Assembly: GCA_900617105.1 (NCBI GenBank)
Contig: UYFQ01000023.1
Span: forward strand, 372,001-436,000
Direction: 5' to 3'
Source of the DNA: Hydrurus foetidus
Taxonomy: Eukaryota
Length of the DNA stretch: 64,000 nt
Made by a program: the position numbers and the translations under genes
The notes under the pieces: model-generated
Databases searched by the model: none
What the model was told of the DNA's origin: nothing
What the model saw: only the letters and a program-made list of their open reading frames with translations
Shown: positions 30,119 to 39,855 of the stretch, piece after piece
Layout: every line of letters starts with the position of its first letter
Position numbering within the stretch: position 1 is the first letter of the stretch

Positions 30119-30940
30119 ATGAAAGATGAAGGCAGCGCCTCCAGCAGCGTCCAGCGAGCCTTTGCCGTGCTGCGGGCACTGGCCACCACACAGATCACCG
30201 GTGGCCGCGTCACCCATATCGCCAAGGTCATCGGCTTAACGCAGGCCACCACACACAGGCTTCTGCAAAGTCTGGTGGCCGAACATATGGTGGAGCAGGA
30301 CGCGGACACCAAGCTCTACCGGCTGAGCATTGATTTTTTTGCCCTGGCAGCGCAGGCCGGTAACTCGATGGACTTGCGCGGCCTGTGTCGGCCTTCCATG
30401 CTGCGGCTGTGTGCCAGCTTGGGGGACACCATTTTTTTGCTGGTCAGAAGCGGTTTTGACGCGGTGTGCCTTGACCGCAGCGAAGGGCCTTTCCCGATCC
30501 GCTCCTTCACTGGCGATATTGGCGGGCGGGTGGCGCTGGGCATGGGTCAGGGTGGTTTAGCCATCCTCGCTTTTTTGCCTGCGGCTGAGCGAGAAGAAGT
30601 CATTCGCTACAACCTGCCCAGGGTGCGCGAATACGGTGTGTACGACGAGGTTTACCTGCGCACTGAAATCGAGCGCGTGCGCGAACTGGGCTACGCCGGG
30701 CGCAATACCCACCTGCTGGACGGTATGGCGGGTGTCGGTGTACCTGTGCTTGACCGAGAAGGCCGCGCAGTCGCAGCGCTCAGCGTGGGCACGCTGTCGT
30801 CCCGCCTGACGCCAGACCGCCTGCCCACGGTGGTCGATCTGCTCCAACGTGAAGCCAAAGCGATTGGCCTGCAAATCAACCCGTTTGACAGCACCTTGCG
30901 CCGCCCTGCAAAAAGCCTGTCGCCGTCTGACCGTCTGTGA
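30119..30940 (+). CDS. IclR family regulator of the divergent oxidase/ABC cluster
   Basis: HTH GLTQATTHRLL; IclR effector domain. Confidence 0.9.
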   Translation: MKDEGSASSSVQRAFAVLRALATTQITGGRVTHIAKVIGLTQATTHRLLQSLVAEHMVEQDADTKLYRLSIDFFALAAQAGNSMDLRGLCRPSMLRLCASLGDTIFLLVRSGFDAVCLDRSEGPFPIRSFTGDIGGRVALGMGQGGLAILAFLPAAEREEVIRYNLPRVREYGVYDEVYLRTEIERVRELGYAGRNTHLLDGMAGVGVPVLDREGRAVAALSVGTLSSRLTPDRLPTVVDLLQREAKAIGLQINPFDSTLRRPAKSLSPSDRL

Positions 30941-30974
30941 GCAAACGGCATCCTCTGCTTGCCTTTGCCTGAGA

Positions 30975-31790
30975 TTACTTATGCAAGCCCCGTTCATCCG
31001 GCTCATCCGTGGACGTGCTGATGACGCTGGTCTGCACGCCTTTGAACCTGCGCCAGCCGTAAATCACATAGCCGCTCAAGCCATAAGCGACAAACACGCT
31101 GAACAGGACGATGGGCGGATCGATATTGACCACGCCGATGCCCAAGGCGAACAGCACGATCACGGTGAAAGGGACGCTCTTTTTCATGTGAACGTCTTTG
31201 AAACTGTAGAACGGTACGTTCGTCACCATCGTAAGGCCTGCAAACAGCACAAACCCAAAAATGGGCCATGCCATCTCAGCACCTTTAATGTCAGCATCGG
31301 TCATCAACCAGATAAAGCCCATCACCAAAGCAGCGGCTGCGGGTGAGGGCAAGCCTTGAAAATAACGCTTATCAACTACGCTGGTGTTCACGTTGAAACG
31401 GGCCAAGCGCAGCATGGCGCAAGCACAATAAACGAAAGCAGCGATCCAACCCCAGCGGCCCAAACCTTTCAAGCCCCAGGCGTAGGCAATCAGCGCGGGG
31501 GCAGCACCGAAGGACACCATGTCGGACAAAGAGTCCATTTGCTCGCCAAACGCGCTTTGGGTGTTGGTCATGCGGGCAACGCGGCCGTCCAGGCTGTCGA
31601 GCACCATGGCGCAAAAAACGCCAATCGCGGCTTGGTCAAACCGGCCATTCATTGCCATCACCACGGCGTAAAACCCACCAAACAGCGCGGCCAGCGTGAA
31701 GAGATTGGGCAGGATGTAGATGCCTTTGCGGCGCTTACGCACCACGACCGCATTGTCTGCGTTGCTGTCTGAATCGTTCCCGTCATGCAT
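30975..31790 (-). CDS. pssA: CDP-diacylglycerol--serine O-phosphatidyltransferase
   Basis: LPNLFT, DSLDGRVAR...FG..DSLSD and RLARFN motifs. Confidence 0.93.
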   Translation of the reverse strand: MHDGNDSDSNADNAVVVRKRRKGIYILPNLFTLAALFGGFYAVVMAMNGRFDQAAIGVFCAMVLDSLDGRVARMTNTQSAFGEQMDSLSDMVSFGAAPALIAYAWGLKGLGRWGWIAAFVYCACAMLRLARFNVNTSVVDKRYFQGLPSPAAAALVMGFIWLMTDADIKGAEMAWPIFGFVLFAGLTMVTNVPFYSFKDVHMKKSVPFTVIVLFALGIGVVNIDPPIVLFSVFVAYGLSGYVIYGWRRFKGVQTSVISTSTDEPDERGLHK

Positions 31791-31895
31791 AAATGTGCCT
31801 ATTTTCTTGCCTGTAGTGCTTATCTGTAGGGCATAGTGCGCTACAAAAATAAGAGTATTCAATGAAATAGAGTGTAAGCCAGCGGCTCAAGCACC

Positions 31896-31921
31896 AAAAA
31901 AAAGGGCCACCGAAGTGGCCC
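31896..31921 (-). terminator. Intrinsic terminator after ilvC
   Basis: gggccac-cgaa-gtggccc hairpin with an 8-nt T tail on the minus strand. Confidence 0.85.
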
Positions 31922-31962
31922 TGGCTGATTCTGCCCCAGCAGGGCAACCCTCGCAGCGGTGC

Positions 31963-32879
31963 TTAATTGCGGGTTTGGTCAACCAGCTTGTTCTTGGCAA
32001 TCCAAGGCATCATGGCGCGCAATTTAGCGCCCACAACTTCAATCTGGTGCTCTGCATTCAAGCGGCGACGGCTGATGAGCGTGGGTGCGCCAGCCTTGTT
32101 TTCCAAGATGAAACTCTTGGCGTATTCGCCGGTTTGGATGTCTTTCAGTGGTTTCAGCGGTAACGATGCGCTTCACTTAAGCGAGTTTGTAATCGATAGG
32201 TTGTTGGATGGTTTCCCATTTCATAGATCTGAGCAAGATGGCATGGAACCGGCTTGATCGGCCGAAATGGTTTGGAATGGAATGGAACCGGACAATGTTC
32301 GCCGAACAAGTCGGTTTCGGTTTCTTCACGGAAGTTGGTTTCAATGATGCCGGCACGGCCACCACCGTTGGCCATCGAGTAAGACAACGCCATTTGCAGC
32401 GACTTGCCCGATTTGTCTTGGTACACAGCGACCAAATGAGGCACGCCGCCGCCTTGGGCGTAAGTGCCACGCACGGTGTGACCAGGGGCCTTGGGGGCCA
32501 CCATCCAAACGTCCAGGTCAGCACGGGGGTTGACCAGGCCGTAATGCACGTTAAAGCCGTGGGCGAACACCAGGGCTGCGCCTTGCTTGATGTTGGGTTC
32601 CACGTCGTTGGCGTAAACCACACCGATTTGCTCGTCGGGCAACAAGATCATCACCACGTCAGCGGCTTTCACTGCATCAGCGACTTCAGCGACCTTCAGG
32701 CCAGCCTTTTCGACTTTAGACCACGAAGCGCCACCCTTGCGCAGACCGACGACGACGTTCACGCCGCTGTCGTTCAAGTTCTGTGCGTGCGCATGGCCTT
32801 GGCTGCCGTAGCCGATGATGGCGACGGTCTTGCCTTTGATGAGGCTCAGGTCGCAGTCTTTGTCGTAATAAACTTTCAT
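31963..32879 (-). pseudogene. ilvC: Ketol-acid reductoisomerase, interrupted at 32149-32297 (possibly an artefact)
   Basis: Residues 1-194 (GYGSQG...ETETDLFGE) and the last 61 aa ([11 protein letters not shown]...DQTRN*) are intact but out of frame with each other. Confidence 0.9.
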
Positions 32880-32968
32880 GGGGGTCTCTCAGAAAAAGGC
32901 TTGTCAGCCGGGGGTTGATTCAAAAACAAGGGGGTTGATTCGCATGAAGCAAAGCAACACTGAAAAAC

Positions 32969-33460
32969 TCAAACGCGCAAGATTCTCTCACCTCGGCCAA
33001 TGCCGCTGGGGCCGGTGCGCACCGTTTCCAGAATGGCGGTTTTGTCCACAGCCTCTAAAAACGCATCGTTTTTATCCTGGGTGCCGGTCAATTCGATGGT
33101 GTAGCTCTTCTCGGTCACGTCGATGATGCGGCCACGGAAGATGTCGGCCATGCGCTTCATTTCTTCGCGCTCTTTGCCCACGGCACGCAGCTTGACCATC
33201 ATCAACTCACGCTCGGTGTACGCGCCTTCGGTGAGGTCAACCACTTTGACGACTTCAATCAGGCGGTTCAGGTGCTTGGTGATTTGTTCAATCACGTCAT
33301 CGGAACCCGAGGTTTGGATGGTCATGCGCGACAACGTAGCGTCTTCGGTGGGGGCCACCGTCAACGATTCGATGTTGTAGCCACGGGCAGAGAACAGGCC
33401 AACGACGCGGGACAATGCACCGGGTTCGTTTTCCAGCAAGACGGCAATGATGTGTTTCAT
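32969..33460 (-). CDS. ilvN: Acetolactate synthase small subunit
   Basis: ENEPGALSRVVGLFSARGYNIESL ACT domain. Confidence 0.95.
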   Translation of the reverse strand: MKHIIAVLLENEPGALSRVVGLFSARGYNIESLTVAPTEDATLSRMTIQTSGSDDVIEQITKHLNRLIEVVKVVDLTEGAYTERELMMVKLRAVGKEREEMKRMADIFRGRIIDVTEKSYTIELTGTQDKNDAFLEAVDKTAILETVRTGPSGIGRGERILRV

Positions 33461-33463
33461 AGG

Positions 33464-33536
33464 GACAGATTCCTCTTTTCGCCGCCCTCCCCTTTCACCG
33501 GTAAGTGACAGGCTTGGCGGGCAATAGATTCGTCAA
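33464..33536 (-). ncRNA. Candidate ilvH RNA motif (cis element upstream of the small subunit gene)
   Basis: GACGAATCTATTGCCCGCC...GGCGGCGAAAAGAGGAATC can pair and overlaps the RBS; position fits the betaproteobacterial ilvH motif as recalled; not checked with a covariance model. Confidence 0.45.
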
Positions 33537-33650
33537 AAGTTAAAGTTGATTTAAAAAGGCCAATGCTAGAGGCATTGAGCAGAATCGCTATGCATTCAAT
33601 AGCTGTTTACGCCTATTGGATAAGCGTAAACAGACTATTCAATAGAAAGA

Positions 33651-35441
33651 TTACAAATCTTCGCTGCCCAAAATCATCTCGTTGATGCCCTTACCTGCTT
33701 GCACCATCGGGAACACGTTCTCGGTGGGGTCGGTACGGAAATCCATGAACACGGTGCGATCTTTCAGCTTGCGGGCTTCGCGCAGTGCGGGTTCCACGTC
33801 TTTGGCGTGCTCAATCAACATGCCGACGTGGCCATAAGCCTCGGCCAGCTTGACGAAGTTGGGCAATGCGTCCATGTAGCTGTGGCTGTACCGGCCTTCG
33901 TACTCGATCTCTTGCCACTGACGCACCATACCGAGGTAGCGGTTGTTCAGTGAGACGATTTTGATCGGCGTGTTGTACTGCAAGCAAGTAGACAGCTCTT
34001 GGGTACACATCTGCACCGAGCCTTCGCCCGTGATACAGAACACTTCACTGTCCGGCTTGGCCAGCTTGATGCCCATTGCGTAGGGAATGCCCACGCCCAT
34101 CGTGCCCAGGCCACCCGAGTTGATCCAGCGGCGGGGTTCGTCAAAGCGGTAGTACTGAGCCGCCCACATTTGGTGCTGACCCACGTCGGACGTGATGTAG
34201 GTGTCCGCGTCTTTGGTCATGTTCCACAGCGTTTCGACCACGTACTGAGGCTTGATGATGCCGTCCTTGCCCATGTCGTATTTCAGGCAATCGCGCTTGC
34301 GCCACGCCTCAATCGTTTCCCACCAGTTCGCCAACGCATCGGCATCGGGCCGGACGCTGGTTTCGCGGATCATGGCGATCAGCTCGTTCAACACTTCTTT
34401 CACATCGCCGACGATAGGAATGTCCACTTTCACGCGCTTAGAAATGCTGGACGGGTCAATGTCGATATGGATGATCTTGCGTTCTTCCTGCGCAAAATGC
34501 TTGGGGTTGCCGATCACACGGTCGTCGAAACGGGCCCCAACGGCCAGCAACACGTCGCACTTTTGCATCGCGTTGTTGGCTTCCACCGTGCCGTGCATGC
34601 CTAACATGCCGAGGAATTTACGGTCACTGGCAGGGTACGCGCCCAACCCCATCAAGGTGTTGGTCACAGGCACGCCGAGCATATCCACCAGCGTGCGCAA
34701 CTCTGCGGACGCATTCGACATTAGCACACCGCCACCGGTGTAGATGTAAGGGCGCTTGGCGTTCAACAGCAGCTGCAAAGCCTTGCGGATTTGCCCGCCA
34801 TGGCCTTTGCGCACCGGGTTGTACGAACGCATTTCTACGCTGTCAGGGTAGCCGTGGTAAGGCGTTTTGTTGAAAGAAACATCTTTCGGAATGTCCACCA
34901 CCACCGGGCCTGGACGGCCAGAGCGGGCAATGTGAAAAGCCTTCTTCATCACCATCGCCATGTCGCGCACGTCTTTGACCAAGAAATTGTGCTTCACGAT
35001 GGGGCGGGTGATGCCCACGGTGTCGCATTCTTGGAACGCATCAAGGCCTATGGCGTGGGTAGAAACTTGCCCGGTGATGATGACCATCGGGATGCTGTCC
35101 ATGTACGCAGTCGCGATACCGGTCACCGCATTAGTCGCCCCTGGGCCAGAAGTCACCAGCGCAACGCCTACGTCACCCGTGGCACGGGCATAGCCGTCAG
35201 CCGCGTGGACAGCACCTTGCTCATGGCGCACCAAAATGTGCTGGATGGTGTCTTGCTTGTAGAAAGCATCGTAAATGTGCAACACAGCGCCACCGGGGTA
35301 ACCCCAGATGTACTTGACGTTTTCAGCTTGAAGTGCTTTGATGAGAATCTCAGCCCCGCGAAGTTCTGGGGAAGCTGACGGTGCAGTGGATTGCGCTGAT
35401 GCAGCGGCTGCCGAAGCGATTTCGGCTTTATTGATTTCCAT
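33651..35441 (-). CDS. ilvB: Acetolactate synthase large subunit
   Basis: [34 protein letters not shown] and GEGS..M motifs. Confidence 0.95.
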   Translation of the reverse strand: MEINKAEIASAAAASAQSTAPSASPELRGAEILIKALQAENVKYIWGYPGGAVLHIYDAFYKQDTIQHILVRHEQGAVHAADGYARATGDVGVALVTSGPGATNAVTGIATAYMDSIPMVIITGQVSTHAIGLDAFQECDTVGITRPIVKHNFLVKDVRDMAMVMKKAFHIARSGRPGPVVVDIPKDVSFNKTPYHGYPDSVEMRSYNPVRKGHGGQIRKALQLLLNAKRPYIYTGGGVLMSNASAELRTLVDMLGVPVTNTLMGLGAYPASDRKFLGMLGMHGTVEANNAMQKCDVLLAVGARFDDRVIGNPKHFAQEERKIIHIDIDPSSISKRVKVDIPIVGDVKEVLNELIAMIRETSVRPDADALANWWETIEAWRKRDCLKYDMGKDGIIKPQYVVETLWNMTKDADTYITSDVGQHQMWAAQYYRFDEPRRWINSGGLGTMGVGIPYAMGIKLAKPDSEVFCITGEGSVQMCTQELSTCLQYNTPIKIVSLNNRYLGMVRQWQEIEYEGRYSHSYMDALPNFVKLAEAYGHVGMLIEHAKDVEPALREARKLKDRTVFMDFRTDPTENVFPMVQAGKGINEMILGSEDL

Positions 35442-35725
35442 ATTCAACCTTTGTGAATTTCTCTAACGAAAAACCGTGGGTGCCCCTTCGCGGACTCTTG
35501 TGGAGCCGTGTCAGGACTTAAAGCCCAGAACATAAGCGTGCTGCTTGCGCCGCCGGATCGGGACTCGTTTGCCTTTTGACTTGCAACAGCGATTATCGCA
35601 TTGTTGCCACAGCGCCCCGTCAAGCCCCATTGAAGAGACCCTGACCAGTGCCATAATCGTGTGCTCAGTCGGGCAAAATAGCGGCCACAGCGCCATCCCC
35701 TAGCGTCTACCCAGAGCGAGCTCTT

Positions 35726-36292
35726 TTGGCAACAGAACAAGAACTTTCCGACTTTCTGAAAAGCGTGGAAAAACGCGCTTTCAAGCGCAGCGTCTACCAC
35801 GTTCGCGACGCAGAGGCTGCGCTCGACATCGTGCAAGACAGCATGATGAAGCTCGCCGAGCATTACGCTGACAAGCCGCCGAGCGAGCTGCCCATGCTGT
35901 TTCAGCGGATTTTGTCCAACACCACGCTGGACTGGTTTCGCCGCCAAAAGACACGCAAAGCTTTGTTTTCCAACCTGAGCGACTTTGAATCGTCATCCGA
36001 CGAGGGTGATTTCAATATTCTGGAAACTTTAGCCGGCCTTGACAACTCAGAGAAGAACGAGAGCGCGGAAGACTCCACCAGCCGGGCGCAAATCTTGCAT
36101 CAAATTGAGGCCGAAGTTGAAAAACTCCCCGGCCGTCAACGAGAAGCCTTCTTGATGCGTTACTGGGAAGAGATGGATGTGGCAGAGACCGCGACCGCTA
36201 TGGGCTGCTCTGAAGGCAGTGTCAAAACACACTGCTCTCGTGCGGTTCTTGCGCTCAGCAAGGCACTGAAAGCAAAGGGAATACAACTATGA
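35726..36292 (+). CDS. ECF RNA polymerase sigma factor
   Basis: ALDIVQD...DWFRR (region 2) and LP.RQREAF...GSVKTHCSRA (region 4); TTG start. Confidence 0.9.
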   Translation: MATEQELSDFLKSVEKRAFKRSVYHVRDAEAALDIVQDSMMKLAEHYADKPPSELPMLFQRILSNTTLDWFRRQKTRKALFSNLSDFESSSDEGDFNILETLAGLDNSEKNESAEDSTSRAQILHQIEAEVEKLPGRQREAFLMRYWEEMDVAETATAMGCSEGSVKTHCSRAVLALSKALKAKGIQL

Positions 36293-36732
36293 ACACCAGC
36301 ACCACCAATCAATTTCGCGAGCAAGCCCTGCAAGACCAGTTTGGCTCAAAGATTGCTGCGCGCCTGTCACAAGCATCTGCCGAAGTTCCGCACGATATTT
36401 CTGAGCGCTTGCGCGTTGCCCGCCAGCAAGCCGTGGCGCAGCGCAAAAAGCCCCAACTCATGCTGGCCAGCCACGTCAACGTGCAAAACGGTGCTGCCAC
36501 ACTGAATTTTGGCAACGAACGCATCGGCCTCTGGGGTCGCTTTGCCTCCATCTTGCCGCTCATCGCTTTGCTGGTCGGTTTAATCGCTATCAATATCATC
36601 CAAGACGATGATCGCGCCAATGAGTTGGCTGAGGTGGACTCGGCCTTACTGACCGATGACCTCCCCCCCTCGGCTTACACCGATCCTGGCTTCACCCAGT
36701 TTCTGCGCGTGAGCAAGGAACAAGCGCAGTGA
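36289..36732 (+). CDS. DUF3619 family protein (putative anti-sigma)
   Basis: ISERLRVARQQA, a single TM helix and LLTDDLPP.AY.D.GF. Confidence 0.82.
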   Translation: MNTSTTNQFREQALQDQFGSKIAARLSQASAEVPHDISERLRVARQQAVAQRKKPQLMLASHVNVQNGAATLNFGNERIGLWGRFASILPLIALLVGLIAINIIQDDDRANELAEVDSALLTDDLPPSAYTDPGFTQFLRVSKEQAQ

Positions 36733-37466
36733 GTGCGATGAAAGCATTCTTTCCTTCTGTTTTGACCCATTCCGGCACGGCTTGCGCTCTTAGCTTGGCG
36801 TGCCTGCTGAGCAGCTTTGCAGTGGACACTGTTGCAGCCCCAGCGGCCAGCCCTGTGGACGTGGCTGGCGTGGCCCCCGGCATCAAACTGAACAGCAAAC
36901 CCGATTGGCATCAGTTGACTGTTACACAGCAATTAGCCCTCAAACCACTCATGGGCAACTGGGTAAATATCAGTGAAGGCCACAAACGCAAATGGTTGGT
37001 GATTTCTCAGAATTTTGCAACATTGCCTGCGGCTGAGCAAACCCGTATGCATGAACGCATGACTGAATGGGCTGCACTCAGCCCTGCTGAGCGCTCACAA
37101 GCACGGTTGAATTACGCAGGGGTTCGCGAGCTGCCTGCCGATGAGCGACTCGCCAAATGGCAAGCCTACCAAGCGCTGACACCCGAGCAACGCCAGCAGC
37201 TGGCCGCCACCGGTGGCCCCACCAAGCCTGCGGGCGCTGCACCTGCGGTCAAGCCTGTGGCACCTCAAAAATTGACCGTCGTGCCCACACCTGTTGCACG
37301 GCTCCCCGGGGACACCAGCTCCCCCCTGCGTAGCCCCAAAATTGCAGCTGCACCGCATCAGGTTGACCACAACACCTTGCTGCCCCAGCCGGTACAGGTG
37401 TCTGCACCGCTGCCTGTGCCGCAAGCCGCGCCGGTCAGTGAATCCAGCTCAACCACTGCCAATTAG
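36729..37466 (+). CDS. DUF3106 family protein
   Basis: Repeated W..L...Q helical motifs (WAALSPAER, YQALTPEQR). Confidence 0.8.
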   Translation: MSAMKAFFPSVLTHSGTACALSLACLLSSFAVDTVAAPAASPVDVAGVAPGIKLNSKPDWHQLTVTQQLALKPLMGNWVNISEGHKRKWLVISQNFATLPAAEQTRMHERMTEWAALSPAERSQARLNYAGVRELPADERLAKWQAYQALTPEQRQQLAATGGPTKPAGAAPAVKPVAPQKLTVVPTPVARLPGDTSSPLRSPKIAAAPHQVDHNTLLPQPVQVSAPLPVPQAAPVSESSSTTAN

Positions 37467-37469
37467 CCC

Positions 37470-37964
37470 GTGACTGCGTTGACGTTGACTGCGCCCAGCC
37501 TGCGCCGCCGCATGGCCTGCTGGCTCTACGAAGGCATGTTGATGTTTGGGGTGGTCTTCATCTCAGGCTATTTGTTTGGTGCCCTCAGCCAAACCCGCAA
37601 CGCTATGGACAACCGCCATGGCCTGCAAGCTTTTTTGTTCGTGATCTTTGGCATCTACTTCACTTGGTTCGGTGCAAAAGGGCAAACCTTGGCGATGAAA
37701 ACCTGGAATATCCGCTTGGTAGATGCTCTGGGCCGACCCGTTAAACAAATCCGTGCCCTGTGGCGCTACGTGCTGAGTTGGTTGTGGTTTTTGCCACCCT
37801 TGGCCGTGCTCGCGCCCTTTCAAGTGACAGGCGGTGAAACAGCCGTGTTGGTGCTAGGCTGGGTCGTCGTGTGGGCGGTACTGAGCCGATTCCAGCCGCA
37901 AAAACAGTTTTGGCACGATGCCCTGGCCGGTACGCGCTTGGTCAGCAGCGTGGACACTGACTGA
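37470..37964 (+). CDS. RDD family membrane protein
   Basis: RRMA, GQTLAMKTW.IR and WHDALAGT motifs. Confidence 0.88.
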   Translation: MTALTLTAPSLRRRMACWLYEGMLMFGVVFISGYLFGALSQTRNAMDNRHGLQAFLFVIFGIYFTWFGAKGQTLAMKTWNIRLVDALGRPVKQIRALWRYVLSWLWFLPPLAVLAPFQVTGGETAVLVLGWVVVWAVLSRFQPQKQFWHDALAGTRLVSSVDTD

Positions 37965-38005
37965 GGGCTGAGGGACTGAGTTTGCAGCCATGCCAAAATC
38001 TGACC

Positions 38006-38605
38006 ATGACTTTGACAACCTCCACCACATCCACACCCCCCAACTTTTCTCTGTGCGTCTACTGCGCCTCCCGCCTGGGCCATGATGAGGCCTATACCCA
38101 AGTCGCACAAACCGTAGGCACCTGGATTGGTGAACATGGCGGGCAGCTTGTCTACGGCGGCGGTAAAAGCGGCTTGATGGGCGTTGTGGCCACCGCCACG
38201 TTGCAAGCCGGTGGCCGTGTCGTCGGCATCATCCCTAAAGCCTTGGTCGAAAAAGAGTTTGCCTACACCGCCTGCACCGAGTTGCACATCGTGGACACCA
38301 TGCACGAGCGCAAACACATGATGGCGGAACGGTCTGATGCGTTCATCGCCTTGCCCGGTGGCATTGGCACCTTTGAAGAGTTTTTTGAAGTCTGGACATG
38401 GCGGCAACTGGGCTACCACCACAAGCCTGTGGGGTTGCTCAACACCAACGGCTATTACGACGCGCTGCACCAGTTCTTGCAAGCCTCGGTCGCCTCCAAG
38501 CTGATGGACGCATGGCAAATGGATTTGGTGCAGTGGGACAACAGCCCCGAAGCCCTGCTGCACGGCTTGGTTAAAGCGGCGGGGCTGAGCACCACGAAGC
38601 CGTAG
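38006..38605 (+). CDS. LOG family nucleotide phosphoribohydrolase
   Basis: VYGGG..GLMG, MHERK and PGGIGTFEE motifs. Confidence 0.92.
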   Translation: MTLTTSTTSTPPNFSLCVYCASRLGHDEAYTQVAQTVGTWIGEHGGQLVYGGGKSGLMGVVATATLQAGGRVVGIIPKALVEKEFAYTACTELHIVDTMHERKHMMAERSDAFIALPGGIGTFEEFFEVWTWRQLGYHHKPVGLLNTNGYYDALHQFLQASVASKLMDAWQMDLVQWDNSPEALLHGLVKAAGLSTTKP

Positions 38606-38608
38606 ACC

Positions 38609-38645
38609 ATCGTTAAGCGTCGTTAAGCGTCGTGAAGCGTTAAGC
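38609..38645. repeat. Short tandem repeat between convergent genes
   Basis: About 3.5 copies of tcgttaagcg. Confidence 0.6.
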
Positions 38646-39851
38646 CGCCAACCGCTGCAAACGCCACACCCGGTACGCACACCCAACCGCTATCAAAGCC
38701 ATAGCTAAAGACATCCAGTAGACCTGCACAAGCCCGTATTTTTCACTTAATATCCCACCCAGCAGGCCACCCAGCACGCCCGAAAATCCGTAGCCAATCA
38801 CCGAGTACAGCGCCTGCCCTCGGCCCCGCAGCCGCCCAGGGAAATACGCGGTCAGCAGGCTGATGCACACCGCGTGGTGCGCCGCAAAAGTGAGTGCGTG
38901 CAGCGCTTGCGCCAATACAAGCACCCACAGCACAGAGGCGCTGGAAGCCGTCAAACCCAACCTCAGCGCCATTGCCAGCCCGCACACGATCAACCACACG
39001 CTAGGGCTGAGAAGCGGCAACCAGCGGCTTTGGGTAAAGAACCAGCCGATTTCCACGATCACCGCCACCGCCCACATCAGGCCAATCAGCGTTTTGCTGT
39101 AGCCCAGCGAATCCAGGTAAAGCGAAAAGAACACGTAGATGCCGATGTGCGAGAGCACATGAAAAAAGATCGCCGCAAAAAACCATTGCACATGCCGCTG
39201 ACGCAGCACCGGCCACACGGGCAAACGCTCATGCTGAGCAGACACGGCTTCTTTCAAATCAGGCATCCACCACACGCTGGCGACCACAGCCAGCAGCGTC
39301 AGCCCCGTCCACGCAGGAAAGTGATGCATCCCAAAATGCTCAAACCACGCACCTGCGGCAAATACCGTCACCAAAAAACCCACCGACCCCCACAACCGCA
39401 CCCGCCCGTAGCGCCGCGTGTCAATTTGCCCACCCGTGCTGACCAGATGGGCCATCGCCGCTTCGCTCATCGGCATCATCGAACTGGTGTGCGTAAACAC
39501 CACGAACAGCAGCAGCGTCAAACCCACCACGCCCATCGGAAACCACAGCCCCAGCGACAGCAGCAACGCGACGGTGGCGCTGTAGCGCATCAGCTTGACG
39601 CGCTCACCGGTATGGTCGCTGAGCGCCCCCCAGACATACGGCGCGAACAGCCGGGTGGCGGCTTGCACCGATGTCAGCAAGCTGATAGCGACGATGCCAT
39701 AGCCCAGGTCTTTGAGCCACAACGGCAAGTAGGGGTTAAAAAACCCGATGTGTGCGAAATAGCTGGCCGACAGCGCAGCAAAGGGCCACAGCTGGCGACC
39801 GGCAGCCAGGGGGGGTACTCCTGAAGAGACCTTTGAAAAGGAGACTGTCAC
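38640..39851 (-). CDS. MFS transporter (HcaT/MFS_1_like)
   Basis: PYLPLWL, YGRVRLWGS.GF and ALHALTF motifs. Confidence 0.88.
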   Translation of the reverse strand: MTVSFSKVSSGVPPLAAGRQLWPFAALSASYFAHIGFFNPYLPLWLKDLGYGIVAISLLTSVQAATRLFAPYVWGALSDHTGERVKLMRYSATVALLLSLGLWFPMGVVGLTLLLFVVFTHTSSMMPMSEAAMAHLVSTGGQIDTRRYGRVRLWGSVGFLVTVFAAGAWFEHFGMHHFPAWTGLTLLAVVASVWWMPDLKEAVSAQHERLPVWPVLRQRHVQWFFAAIFFHVLSHIGIYVFFSLYLDSLGYSKTLIGLMWAVAVIVEIGWFFTQSRWLPLLSPSVWLIVCGLAMALRLGLTASSASVLWVLVLAQALHALTFAAHHAVCISLLTAYFPGRLRGRGQALYSVIGYGFSGVLGGLLGGILSEKYGLVQVYWMSLAMALIAVGCAYRVWRLQRLAA

Positions 39852-39855
39852 ACCA

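Noticed and set aside
32149..32297. Mobile element or intron inserted in ilvC
   Set aside because: No terminal repeats or target duplication, a net loss of sequence, and ilvC scraps retained in order.
35448..35725. ilvB leader peptide or attenuator
   Set aside because: No short Ile/Leu/Val-rich ORF with a terminator was found; only weak hairpins.
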